This document shows, piece after piece, positions 54,825-63,719 of a stretch of 64,000 nucleotides of DNA. The stretch is from Candidatus Brennerbacteria bacterium (GTDB lineage: Bacteria; Patescibacteriota; Minisyncoccia; UBA6257; GWB1-50-10): positions 15,519 to 79,518 of the forward strand of contig JACPEK010000001.1 of NCBI GenBank assembly GCA_016183535.1, given 5' to 3'. A model generated the notes under the pieces. It did no database searches. It worked only from the letters and a program-made list of their open reading frames with translations, and had not been told where the DNA came from. Positions within the stretch are counted from its first letter, which is position 1; every line of letters begins with the position of its first letter. A program made the position numbers and the translations under genes.

Positions 54825-56078
54825 TTAGCGAAACTTCCTGCGGGTTTGAAACCGGCGCGGGCCGGCGGAGCGGGTACGAGGCGCGTACGGACGGGACGAC
54901 TGAAAACGCGAAGGACGACGCGGTTCGTAGGAATCATGGTCCATCACGGGCGCACTGCGATGCGGCGGAAGCGCGGGAAGTTTGGAAAGTGGGAGCACCT
55001 GACGGATGAGCCGCTCAATGCCGCGCACATCCCCTCTTTGGTCGGGAGTAGCAAAAGAAATGGCGTGTCCTTTGCCGCCGGCGCGTGCGGTGCGTCCGAT
55101 GCGATGCACATAGTCCTCGGCGGTGCTCGGGAGGTCATAATTCACCACGACCTCGATCCCTTTCACGTCGATGCCGCGCGCCGCGATGTCGGTCGCGATA
55201 AGCACCCGATACTTACCGTTCCTGAAACCATCGAGCGCTTCGCGCCGCTGGGAAAGCGAACGGTTGGCGTGAAGCTCGGCCGCCGGGTGCCCCATGGCAC
55301 GAACCGAGGCGGCTATTTTTTTCGCGCCGAATTTCGTCCGCGAAAAGACGAGCACGGACCCGCGGTATTCCTCCAAAACTTTTTCCAAAAGACGCGCTTT
55401 GTCCGGCCGTGATACCACAAAAAGCTCCTGCGTCACTTTGGCGACCGTGGTGCCCGGCGGCGCGATCTCCACGCGGAGCGGCAGTTTCATATTCGCCTTC
55501 GCGATGTTCACAATATCCTGCGGCATCGTGGCCGAGAAAAGCATCGTTTGGCGCTCCTTCGGCACTGCGGCGAGGATACGGTTCAGTTGCGGCGCGAATC
55601 CCATGTCCAACATCCGGTCCGCTTCGTCCAGCACGAGCATGCCAACCGCAGAGAGCGATACGGTTCGCTGGTTAAGATGGTCCAGGATGCGTCCCGGCGT
55701 GCCGATAACGATGAGCGGGTCACGACGCAACGCGGTGATCTGCCGACCGATGGATTCTCCACCAATAAGGAGCACGGTGCGCACGCGGAGCGCGCCCCCG
55801 AGCTTTTCAATGGTCTCTTGCACCTGAAGCGCAAGTTCGCGCGTAGGGAGCACTACCAGTCCTCGGGTGCCGCGAAGCGCCGCCTGCACCATCGGTACGC
55901 CGAACGCGAGCGTCTTCCCGGTGCCGGTCTGCGCAATGCCGATAAGATCCTTCCCTTCGAGCGCGGGCGGGATGGACTTCTGCTGGATCGGCGTAGGCGT
56001 TTTGAAGTTCAAGCGTTCGATGACCGCAAGAATATTCGGCGCGATGCCGAGGCCGTAAAAACCTGATTGTAGTTCCAT
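54825..56078 (-). CDS. DEAD-box ATP-dependent RNA helicase
   Basis: ATG 56078 (MELQSGFYGLG..); Q-motif, AQTGTGKT, DEAD, SAT, HRIGRTAR. Confidence 0.9.
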   Translation of the reverse strand: MELQSGFYGLGIAPNILAVIERLNFKTPTPIQQKSIPPALEGKDLIGIAQTGTGKTLAFGVPMVQAALRGTRGLVVLPTRELALQVQETIEKLGGALRVRTVLLIGGESIGRQITALRRDPLIVIGTPGRILDHLNQRTVSLSAVGMLVLDEADRMLDMGFAPQLNRILAAVPKERQTMLFSATMPQDIVNIAKANMKLPLRVEIAPPGTTVAKVTQELFVVSRPDKARLLEKVLEEYRGSVLVFSRTKFGAKKIAASVRAMGHPAAELHANRSLSQRREALDGFRNGKYRVLIATDIAARGIDVKGIEVVVNYDLPSTAEDYVHRIGRTARAGGKGHAISFATPDQRGDVRGIERLIRQVLPLSKLPALPPHRSAPVMDHDSYEPRRPSRFQSSRPYAPRTRSAGPRRFQTRRKFR

Positions 56079-56085
56079 ATCAATA

Positions 56086-57906
56086 TTATGCGCTTTCTTT
56101 TTCTTCTTTGCGCACCTTTTTGCGTTCGCCTTCGTCGAGGTAGATCTTGCGGATACGGATGCTCTTCGGGGTGATCTCCACCATCTCATCATCGCCGATA
56201 TAAGCGAGCGAATCTTCAAGCGAAAGTTCGAGCGGCACGTCGAGAGTTTCCGTCATACCTTCGTTCTTGGAACGGAAGTTGGTGAGTTCCTTTGCCTTGC
56301 ACACATTCACCACCACGTCGCCCGACTTCGCGTTTTGCCCCACCACCATTCCTTCGTAAACCGGCGCGCCGGGGTCGATGAAAAGCTTCCCGCGTCCCTG
56401 CGCGATAATGAGTCCAAAACTGTTAGAAATGCCCGTCGCAGTCGACACGATAGAACCGCGCGACTCGGAGCGTATCTCGCCTTTATAACCTTCGTAGCCC
56501 ATGAAGATGCTGTTCATGATGCCGAGCCCCTTCGTGTTGGTGAGAAATTCGCCGCGCGAGCCGATAAGCCCGCGGGTCGGAATGGCGAAGTCCATCAGCG
56601 TCGTAGGGCCGTCCACCTTCATCTCGCGCATGGCGCCCGAACGCTTCCCCATCATCTCGATCACCGTACCCGCATATTCGTTCGGCACCTCGACGGAAAC
56701 GAGCTCCATAGGTTCCATCTTCTTACCATCCACTTCTTTGAATATCACCTGCGGCTTGGATACTTCCAATTCAAATCCCTCGCGGCGCATCTTTTCCACA
56801 AGAATGGCCAGGTGGAGTTCGCCGCGTCCTGCGACCACCCAGCGATCCGCGGAATCGGTAGGGTTCACCTTAAGCGCCACGTCCGTCTCGAGCTCACGCG
56901 CAAGACGCTCTTTCAGGTTTCGGGAGGTGGTGTACTCCCCCTCCTTCCCGCGGAACGGTGAAGTATTCACACTGAAGGTCATCTTGATGGTGGGCTCGTC
57001 GATGTGAATAGTGGGAAGCGCAACCGGATTCTCGGCATCCGCGATGGTTTCGCCGATCGAGATATCGGGAATTCCCGCCACCGCTACGATCTCGCCCGCC
57101 TGCGCCTCATCCGCGTCCACCCGGTTCAGTCCTTCGAAGAGCATCACCCCCGAAACGGTGGTGCGCGCGGTTTCTCCGGCGCGATTGATATGCGCCACCG
57201 TCATTCCTTTCTTCAACACCCCCGCGTAGAGCCGCCCCACCGCAAGTTTTCCCTTGTAGTTGTCGTAGGCGAGGTTCACGGTGAGCATCTGGAGAGGATC
57301 CTGCGGACGGGCTTCCGGCGCCGGCACATAGCTCACTATAGTATCAAATATACAGGTAACGTCTTTCATTGCCGCGAGGTCAGGTGAAGTACCCGCCTTT
57401 CCCATCACTGCGGAGGCATAGATGACGGGAAATTCCACTTGCGCTTCGGAGGCGCCAAGCTCGAAAAAGAGATCGTAGGTCGCGTTCAATACCCACGCCG
57501 GCCGCGCCGCGGGCTTGTCTATTTTATTGATAACCACGATGACTTTATGCCCCGCTTCGATCGCCTTCCGGAGCACAAACTTCGTCTGGGGCATGGGACC
57601 TTCCTTCGCGTCCACAAGGAGGAGCACGCCGTCCACCATGCGCATAATGCGCTCCACCTCACCGCCGAAATCGGCGTGGCCGGGGGTGTCCACGATGTTT
57701 ATCTTTACGTCGCCGTGCCGGATAGACGCATTTTTGGAGAAAATAGTAATACCGCGCTCCCGTTCGAGTTCGTTTGAGTCCATGATAAGCTCCTGCGCGG
57801 CGTCGGCTTTGAGACGAAAGCGGTCCGACTGCTTGAGGAGCGCGTCGACCAGAGTCGTTTTCCCGTGGTCAACGTGGGCGATAATGGCGATATTTCTTAG
57901 TTCCAT
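56086..57906 (-). CDS. typA: translational GTPase TypA/BipA
   Basis: ATG 57906 (MELRNIAIIAHVDHGKTTLVD..); EF-G-like domains plus BipA C-terminal domain. Confidence 0.9.
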   Translation of the reverse strand: MELRNIAIIAHVDHGKTTLVDALLKQSDRFRLKADAAQELIMDSNELERERGITIFSKNASIRHGDVKINIVDTPGHADFGGEVERIMRMVDGVLLLVDAKEGPMPQTKFVLRKAIEAGHKVIVVINKIDKPAARPAWVLNATYDLFFELGASEAQVEFPVIYASAVMGKAGTSPDLAAMKDVTCIFDTIVSYVPAPEARPQDPLQMLTVNLAYDNYKGKLAVGRLYAGVLKKGMTVAHINRAGETARTTVSGVMLFEGLNRVDADEAQAGEIVAVAGIPDISIGETIADAENPVALPTIHIDEPTIKMTFSVNTSPFRGKEGEYTTSRNLKERLARELETDVALKVNPTDSADRWVVAGRGELHLAILVEKMRREGFELEVSKPQVIFKEVDGKKMEPMELVSVEVPNEYAGTVIEMMGKRSGAMREMKVDGPTTLMDFAIPTRGLIGSRGEFLTNTKGLGIMNSIFMGYEGYKGEIRSESRGSIVSTATGISNSFGLIIAQGRGKLFIDPGAPVYEGMVVGQNAKSGDVVVNVCKAKELTNFRSKNEGMTETLDVPLELSLEDSLAYIGDDEMVEITPKSIRIRKIYLDEGERKKVRKEEKESA

Positions 57907-58036
57907 AGTTCGGTGATACTCACCACAAGTAAACAGAAAAAAATGCCCGGAAAAGGGCTCTACGAGTCGACTATACCACGAAGTGCGGGATTTCACAACC
58001 CGTGCGAAAACACACGTAGACGGTTATACTGCCCGA

Positions 58037-58471
58037 ATGAATTTCAAAATTTGGCTCGGCATCGTTGTCGCGCTCGTCTTGTTTGGCGCGGCAGGACTAT
58101 ATCTCGCGCCACAGGAACCCGAAAAAACGCTACACACCGAGAAGTCCAATCTCATCGTCGTAGATGCGCCGCGTAGAGGCGAGCGAATTTCTTCCCCGCT
58201 TATCGTTACCGGCCGGGCGCGCGGCAACTGGTACTTCGAGGCAAGCTTCCCGATTGAAATTCTCGACGCCGAAGGAAATGTGATCGGGCAAGGATATGCG
58301 GAGACGAAGAACGACTGGATGACCGAAGAGTTCGTGCCGTTTGAATCGATCTCTATCCCCTTCTCCCCGCAGGCGGCGGAAAGCCAAGGTACGCTCATTC
58401 TCCGAAGAGACAACCCTTCCGGACTTCCGGAACACGATGACGCGCTCGAGGTTCCCGTTATTTTCGAATAA
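58037..58471 (+). CDS. Gmad2 immunoglobulin-like domain protein with TM anchor
   Basis: ATG 58037 (MNFKIWLGIVVALVLF..); ..ISSPLIVTGRARGNWYFEASFPIEILDAEGNVIG..WMTEEFVPF.. Confidence 0.6.
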   Translation: MNFKIWLGIVVALVLFGAAGLYLAPQEPEKTLHTEKSNLIVVDAPRRGERISSPLIVTGRARGNWYFEASFPIEILDAEGNVIGQGYAETKNDWMTEEFVPFESISIPFSPQAAESQGTLILRRDNPSGLPEHDDALEVPVIFE

Positions 58472-58480
58472 ACCGCGGAA

Positions 58481-59386
58481 CTAAAGCCGAAGGTAGCGAC
58501 GAGTCGCGATGATTGAAGAGACAATGCCGAGTGCGATGCAAAAGAGAAGTTGATAGAGGAGCAACGTGAAAAAATGGGTACGGAAGTACGCCGAGAGCGC
58601 GAGTTCCGGTATAAATCGTCCCACGTATGGAGAAAGAAATCCGATAACGGGAATGAGAATGAGAAATCCTATAATGCCGGCAATCGCGCCGTAAATGATA
58701 CCCTCCACGGTGTAGGGGCCTCGAATGAATATATTCGAGGCGCCCACGAGCCGCATAATGCTGATTTGCTCGCGGTTTGAGAAAATCGCGAGGCGGATGG
58801 TGTTAAAAGTGACCGTTACCGCGAGGAATGCAAGAAACACTGTGAGTGTGATCCCGCTCTTCTTCATCGTGTCGACAAGGCCCACAAGCCGGTCAATGAC
58901 CACCTGGTTCTGCGCGTAAGTAACCTTCTCCACTAGATCGCCAAGGTTTTCGTTTTCCAGATAGGAGGCGATGGCGGCATACTCGCTCGGATCCTCCGCT
59001 TTTACGTTCAAGGACGCGAGGAGCGGGTTTTCATCAAGTTCCGCCAAGGTCTGCGTGATGGTATCTTCGCCCTCGTGGCGCGCCTTGAATTCCGCGAGCG
59101 CCTGCTCGCGCGAGACATACTCTACGCTTTTCACCTCTTCGAGTCCCTCGAGAGAACGTTTGATGTTTAGGATGGCGTCTTCCTCCGCGTTGCTCTTGAA
59201 ATACACACTGATGTCAATTTTGTTTTGGATTGATTCGAGCGCGGTTTTCCCCATCACATTAAACAGGATGAGCCCCTCGAACACGAGCGCGGCGAGAATC
59301 ATGATGCTTACGGTGGAAAGCGAGAGCCAGCCGTTTCGAAGGAACGCCTGCCAGCCGTATTTTATGATGCGCGAGAGGGTTACCAT
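58481..59386 (-). CDS. ftsX: cell division permease-like protein FtsX
   Basis: ATG 59386; periplasmic domain then 3 C-terminal TM helices, next to ftsE. Confidence 0.85.
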   Translation of the reverse strand: MVTLSRIIKYGWQAFLRNGWLSLSTVSIMILAALVFEGLILFNVMGKTALESIQNKIDISVYFKSNAEEDAILNIKRSLEGLEEVKSVEYVSREQALAEFKARHEGEDTITQTLAELDENPLLASLNVKAEDPSEYAAIASYLENENLGDLVEKVTYAQNQVVIDRLVGLVDTMKKSGITLTVFLAFLAVTVTFNTIRLAIFSNREQISIMRLVGASNIFIRGPYTVEGIIYGAIAGIIGFLILIPVIGFLSPYVGRFIPELALSAYFRTHFFTLLLYQLLFCIALGIVSSIIATRRYLRL

Positions 59387-59420
59387 GGAAACAATAGAAG
59401 TGGGTGGTGAGAGCGAGTGG

Positions 59421-60101
59421 TTAATCGAGAATAAATCGGCCGTGTTCCTCATCCTTCAATACCGCCCCGTCTTCCAGAGTTATCACTCGCCGCCCGATGG
59501 TATTCACAACCTCCTTGTCGTGTGTTGCAAGAATCACCGTGCTTCCCAACTCGTTGATCTTCAAAAGTAATTTTACCACCTCCCACGTGTTGAAAGGATC
59601 AAGGTTGCCGGTCGGTTCGTCGGCAATAAGAACGTCCGGATGGTTGATCATCGCCCGCGCGATCGCCACCCGCTGGCGTTCGCCTCCCGAGAGCTCTGCC
59701 GGAAAGCTGGCTGTTTTTTCTTTGAGCCCCACCATATCGAGGATTTGCGGCACATATTCCAAAATGTCACGCTCGGATCTCCCTCCCACCTCAAGCGCAA
59801 ACGCGACGTTCTCAAACACTGTCTTGCCGGCGAGGAGCCGGAAATCCTGAAAAATGACACCAATACGGCGTCGAAACTCGGGAAACTCCTTCGGAAGAAG
59901 TTTGTTTACTTCAAACGAACCGAAGAAAATTTGCCCCTTCGTGGGCTTTTCTTCCCCTATGAGAAGTTTTACCACGGTGGATTTTCCGGCTCCCGAGCGC
60001 CCCACCACGGAGACGAACTCGCCCGGCTGAATCTTGAAACCAACCTTATCGAGCGCATTCGATTTTCCGTAGGTCTTCGTGACGTTCTGAAAAATGATCA
60101 T
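59421..60101 (-). CDS. ftsE: cell division ATP-binding protein FtsE
   Basis: Walker A GRSGAGKST, signature LSGGERQRVAIARA, Walker B LIADEPTGNLD. Confidence 0.9.
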   Translation of the reverse strand: MIIFQNVTKTYGKSNALDKVGFKIQPGEFVSVVGRSGAGKSTVVKLLIGEEKPTKGQIFFGSFEVNKLLPKEFPEFRRRIGVIFQDFRLLAGKTVFENVAFALEVGGRSERDILEYVPQILDMVGLKEKTASFPAELSGGERQRVAIARAMINHPDVLIADEPTGNLDPFNTWEVVKLLLKINELGSTVILATHDKEVVNTIGRRVITLEDGAVLKDEEHGRFILD

Positions 60102-60151
60102 GGAGCTAAGAAAAAAGCTCGTCCGAGCTTTTTAAAAGTATATCAAATTCC

Positions 60152-60847
60152 TTACCTCTTTTCCAACAGATCCAATTCCCCTTCCAATATCTGCTCCACA
60201 CGCGATATTTTATGTCCCGTACGGTGATCCTTCACTTGTTTGTAGGGATGGAGCACATACGAACGTATCTCGTGCCCCCATTCGGGCGCCACTTTTGTTT
60301 TGAGATTTGCGATGGATGCCTCATGTTTTTCTTCCATTAGTTTCACGAGTTTCGCTTTGAGAAGTGCGAGCGCCTTTTCGCGGTTCGCGGCTTGTGAACG
60401 TTCGGCACGGGACGCGGCGACAATACCGGTCGGTAGGTGTACGATGCGCACCGCGGTTTCGACCTTGTTCACGTTTTGACCGCCGGGGCCGCCCGCACGC
60501 GAGAAATCCACATTCAAATCCTTCTCTGGCACCACAATGTTCCGCGCCTCCATCTCGGGGAGTCCCGGCAAAACCTCTACCGCCGCAAATGACGTGTGGC
60601 GAAGTTTCTTCGCATCGAAGGGCGAGATGCGCACGAGGCGATGCACACCATTCTCCCCTTTCAGCCGCTCGTAGGTACCCTCGCCTTTGAATTCCAGTGT
60701 GAGGTCGTCCACCTGCGTTTTCTTCCACCCGCGCCGGTCGGCGTAGCGCGAATACATCCGGAGGAGCATCTGCGCCCAATCCTTCGCATCATCTCCGCCA
60801 GCTCCGGCCATAAGCGACACGGTCGCGATGTTATTGTTTACTGTCAT
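60152..60847 (-). CDS. prfB: peptide chain release factor 2 homologue lacking N-terminal domain 1 (SPF and GGQ present)
   Basis: ATG 60847, 1 nt after tRNA-Thr; ..[10 protein letters not shown].. (SPF), ..[22 protein letters not shown].. (GGQ); ORF upstream of 60847 runs into the tRNA; no upstream frameshift exon. Confidence 0.7.
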   Translation of the reverse strand: MTVNNNIATVSLMAGAGGDDAKDWAQMLLRMYSRYADRRGWKKTQVDDLTLEFKGEGTYERLKGENGVHRLVRISPFDAKKLRHTSFAAVEVLPGLPEMEARNIVVPEKDLNVDFSRAGGPGGQNVNKVETAVRIVHLPTGIVAASRAERSQAANREKALALLKAKLVKLMEEKHEASIANLKTKVAPEWGHEIRSYVLHPYKQVKDHRTGHKISRVEQILEGELDLLEKR

Positions 60848-60848
60848 C

Positions 60849-60923
60849 TGGAGCCGCCTCTCGGATTTGAACCGAGGACCCACGCTTTACGAAAGCGTTG
60901 CTCTACCACTGAGCTAAGGCGGC
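60849..60923 (-). tRNA. tRNA-Thr (anticodon CGU)
   Basis: GCCGCCT..anticodon loop TTCGTAA..TTCAAAT..AGGCGGC-T-CCA on minus strand. Confidence 0.85.
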
Positions 60924-60959
60924 CTGCCTCGCCATGCTCGTCAAGGCGGGCGCGAATCC

Positions 60960-60988
60960 ATCCTATTCGATTTTCGTTATTTTTTCAA
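60960..60988 (-). promoter_or_regulatory. candidate promoter TTGAAA-17-TAGGAT (minus strand) for tRNA-Thr and prfB
   Basis: Divergent from the rnpB promoter. Confidence 0.3.
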
Positions 60989-61015
60989 TAAAACCGAGAT
61001 GTTATCAAAATAATC

Positions 61016-61044
61016 TTGTTTTTTTGTGTAATTTCTGTTATTAT
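61016..61044 (+). promoter_or_regulatory. candidate rnpB promoter with extended -10 (TGTTATTAT)
   Basis: -10 TATTAT at 61039-61044 preceded by TG; weak -35 TTGTTT; TSS predicted at the RNase P RNA 5' end. Confidence 0.35.
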
Positions 61045-61048
61045 GCAA

Positions 61049-61423
61049 CAGGTATTTCAAGCGACAGCCCGCCTACATCTGCAAAGTTGTGGCGGGAGGA
61101 AAGTCCGGGCACTTAATCTTGTGCTATGCACAAGATAAAGGTAGCGGGTAACGCCCGTCGTCCGCAAGGATAGAGGTGCGAGCAGAAACGTCCCTGCCTG
61201 CCGGCAGGCAGGCCGACCGAAAGGTTCAGGGAGGACCTGATCCCAGGCCAAGAGGTCCAGCTCCGCGATAGGGATGACAAAGCGGAGATGAAACGGCTAA
61301 ATCCTTACCCGAGTGCAAGGCCGTACTTGCGCCGCAAGACGCATTTGAGCCGCTCGAGCCCGCGAGTAATCGCGGTCCCAGATGAATTGTCGCCTAAACA
61401 GAACCCGGCTTATGAGATACCAC
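61049..61423 (+). ncRNA. rnpB: RNase P RNA, bacterial type A
   Basis: Universal motifs GGAAAGTCCGGGC (61098-61110) and ACAGAACCCGGCTTA (61398-61412); P1 pairing GGTATTTC / GAGATACC. Confidence 0.8.
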
Positions 61424-61424
61424 A

Positions 61425-61452
61425 AACCCCGCCTTACGGCGGGGTTTTGTTT
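61425..61452 (+). terminator. intrinsic terminator ACCCCGCC-ttac-GGCGGGGT + TTTGTTTC
   Basis: Immediately after the RNase P RNA 3' end. Confidence 0.65.
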
Positions 61453-61467
61453 CAAGCTGGGCGCTTT

Positions 61468-61989
61468 CTAATTTACTAAAACTCCGACGAAGACACCGAC
61501 CGCGATCGCGGCACCGCCGATAAGGAGCATGCGAACTATTTCCTTGCCGGCGGCCACACGTGAAACATGTGCGGATGCGAGCGCGAGTCCAAGAAGCGCA
61601 AGAAGAGAAGCCCCAATCGAAACAAAAAGCGCTACGTTCCCCTCCCACGCAAAATACGGGGTAAGGGGCACAAATCCCGACACAAAATAGGACACAAACA
61701 TAATCGCACCCGCGCGGCGGGAGTCGCGATCTGCGGTGCGACCACGTATATGGAGCACGGCTTCCTCCGCTGAATGTTCCGCGAGAAAGCTTCCCACGGC
61801 CATCGAGAATGCCTCGACAAAAATAAGCACCACGCCCGTCAACACGATTGTCTGGCGGGGCGTGCCCACCGCGGCGATACCGGAGAGGAGACCAACCGTG
61901 GATACCACGCTGTCTTCCACGCCGAAGACGAAGTTGCGCATAATGAGCATGCGCCGCTCTTTTTTCTCGAAACGATCTTCAGCCATCAA
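61468..61989 (-). CDS. VIT1/CCC1-family membrane protein (putative iron/manganese transporter)
   Basis: 173-aa ORF; ..GVEDSVVSTVGLLSGIAA.. and C-terminal TM helices. Confidence 0.7.
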   Translation of the reverse strand: MMAEDRFEKKERRMLIMRNFVFGVEDSVVSTVGLLSGIAAVGTPRQTIVLTGVVLIFVEAFSMAVGSFLAEHSAEEAVLHIRGRTADRDSRRAGAIMFVSYFVSGFVPLTPYFAWEGNVALFVSIGASLLALLGLALASAHVSRVAAGKEIVRMLLIGGAAIAVGVFVGVLVN

Positions 61990-62249
61990 GACTCAATTGC
62001 TTTCCTCTTCTCCTCGTACTCTTTTTTCTCTATCTCCCCCTTCGCGTAGCGTTCTTTCAAAATCTCGAGCGCCGACTTGCCGCGTGGCATGTTGCCGGTT
62101 CCGCCGGATTGCGGCACACTACGTTCCGAAAACCAACGGATGGCGGAGAGCACCAAAAAGACAAGTAGTACCCACCATACCACCATCCCGATCCAGCCGA
62201 GCCACCCACCATCCCATCCATACCATCCTCCATGCATCATGCCGAACAT
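61986..62249 (-). CDS. SHOCT-domain membrane protein
   Basis: 87-aa ORF; Trp-rich TM then ..SALEILKERYAKGEIEKKEYEEKRKAI.. Confidence 0.7.
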   Translation of the reverse strand: MFGMMHGGWYGWDGGWLGWIGMVVWWVLLVFLVLSAIRWFSERSVPQSGGTGNMPRGKSALEILKERYAKGEIEKKEYEEKRKAIES

Positions 62250-62278
62250 AATGATTATTAATTATTGATGATTGACCT

Positions 62279-62755
62279 TTAACCGAACCAGACAAGAAGC
62301 GAAGGGAACCTCACGCTCCACCGCGATGCAACGCCCCATCCATCTATTCCCCACACGCGCCCTGCGCGCACTGCGGCGAGAAAAAACAACACCGCGACGT
62401 AAATGAGGTGTTCGTCCACCACGAACGAATGCGCGTTCGGGTACCACCCATCAAGGACAGGGAGATAGTAGAGCAGCATAAAGACACTTCCTAAGATCGA
62501 AACAAACCGGACACCGAACCCTACTATCAGGAACGCGCCAATGAGCGTGAGCCCCCATTCGTTCGCCGCATTCACGTACGGTAAGATCGCCGGCGATGCG
62601 AGCCACGCGAAAAAAGAGGAAAACGTTTTCGCGCCGCGCAGGTATTCCTCGGCCGACCACGACGGATTGAATACTTTGGTGATGCCGGCATAGAACAGCA
62701 TCCACCCCATTCCGACGCGAAGTGTTGCGAGTGAGATTTTCTCAAACTTTGTCAT
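62279..62755 (-). CDS. DoxX-family membrane protein
   Basis: 158-aa ORF, 4 TM, DoxX-like. Confidence 0.75.
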   Translation of the reverse strand: MTKFEKISLATLRVGMGWMLFYAGITKVFNPSWSAEEYLRGAKTFSSFFAWLASPAILPYVNAANEWGLTLIGAFLIVGFGVRFVSILGSVFMLLYYLPVLDGWYPNAHSFVVDEHLIYVAVLFFLAAVRAGRVWGIDGWGVASRWSVRFPSLLVWFG

Positions 62756-62764
62756 AAATTCTTC

Positions 62765-63166
62765 TCAACGTTGCGACCTTGAGGTTTCATTTTTTGGAAT
62801 GAAAGGACACCCGCTCGCGCGCGCGAGTCCCTCGAGCCCCTGCGCGCCTTCACGCCGCGTACCGTCCGCGAACGTCCATAGCGGCACTCCCTGCACGCCC
62901 GCATCCACGCATCGGTTCGGCGTTTCGGTACATTCCACGTATTCGATGTAGCGGAACGCGTCCCCGAACGCCGCTTTTTCAGCCCGGCAATAGGGGCACG
63001 TCTTTGTGCCGTACATTACCGCTCCTTTTGTCGCAAGGCACTGCGCGAAATCTGCGACAGCCGCGTCCGCCGGCACTGGCGCTCCGCCGATGAAGGAGAA
63101 AATCCCCGCGAGCGCGACGCCTCCGAGCACAATAAAAAGTATTATGACAACAATCCGAGGTTTCAT
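62765..63166 (-). CDS. membrane-anchored thioredoxin-fold protein with glutaredoxin-like CPYC motif
   Basis: ATG 63166 (MKPRIVVIILFIVLGG..); ..GTKTCPYCRAEK.. Confidence 0.6.
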   Translation of the reverse strand: MKPRIVVIILFIVLGGVALAGIFSFIGGAPVPADAAVADFAQCLATKGAVMYGTKTCPYCRAEKAAFGDAFRYIEYVECTETPNRCVDAGVQGVPLWTFADGTRREGAQGLEGLARASGCPFIPKNETSRSQR

Positions 63167-63176
63167 ACGTATTGCT

Positions 63177-63659
63177 TCAACAACAATTTTCCATCTCCTT
63201 TTCAAGATACCCAACATTTCCTTTCCGGGAAGACACTTCGTCCGGGTCGCCGTTCTGATGCTTTCGCAGTTCGAGAAAAAATCCCGCGAGCGCAAGGAGC
63301 GCGAGAACCCCGAATATCGCAAGTCCGAATGCAAAGTGTGTAACGCTCCACGCCGTCCCAAATCCAATCGGCACAAAAAACGCCTTCCACAGAAATGCCA
63401 CGCGTCCGACTCTTAAATACTTTTCTCCTTGATATGCGATGCCAACCGCCGACCCTCCCATGAGGATCCCCGCAACCGGCATATACGCGGCCGGGGAAAG
63501 CAAACCAGAAAGCGCGCCGGCAAGTATCCAGAGCCATGTCCCCGCTGTTCCTGCGCATATAGGACATACCGCTATTGGAAAAAATTTTTGCCCGTTCAGA
63601 AACCAGACGAACGCCGTAATAACGCCGATAGAAGCAAGCGCAACAAGCATTGCAATCAT
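63177..63659 (-). CDS. VKOR/DsbB-like integral membrane protein with CxxC (CPIC)
   Basis: 160-aa polytopic ORF next to the CPYC protein and CcdA. Confidence 0.45.
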   Translation of the reverse strand: MIAMLVALASIGVITAFVWFLNGQKFFPIAVCPICAGTAGTWLWILAGALSGLLSPAAYMPVAGILMGGSAVGIAYQGEKYLRVGRVAFLWKAFFVPIGFGTAWSVTHFAFGLAIFGVLALLALAGFFLELRKHQNGDPDEVSSRKGNVGYLEKEMENCC

Positions 63660-63719
63660 AGTAGTTGGTTACAGTATACCACTTTTCAGGTACGACTTTT
63701 GTCCAGCGCCGATTTGAAG

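Noticed and set aside
60847-61050. Programmed +1 frameshift exon for prfB upstream of the truncated RF2
   Set aside because: No CTT TGA C site and no short upstream ORF; the upstream space is occupied by tRNA-Thr and two divergent promoters
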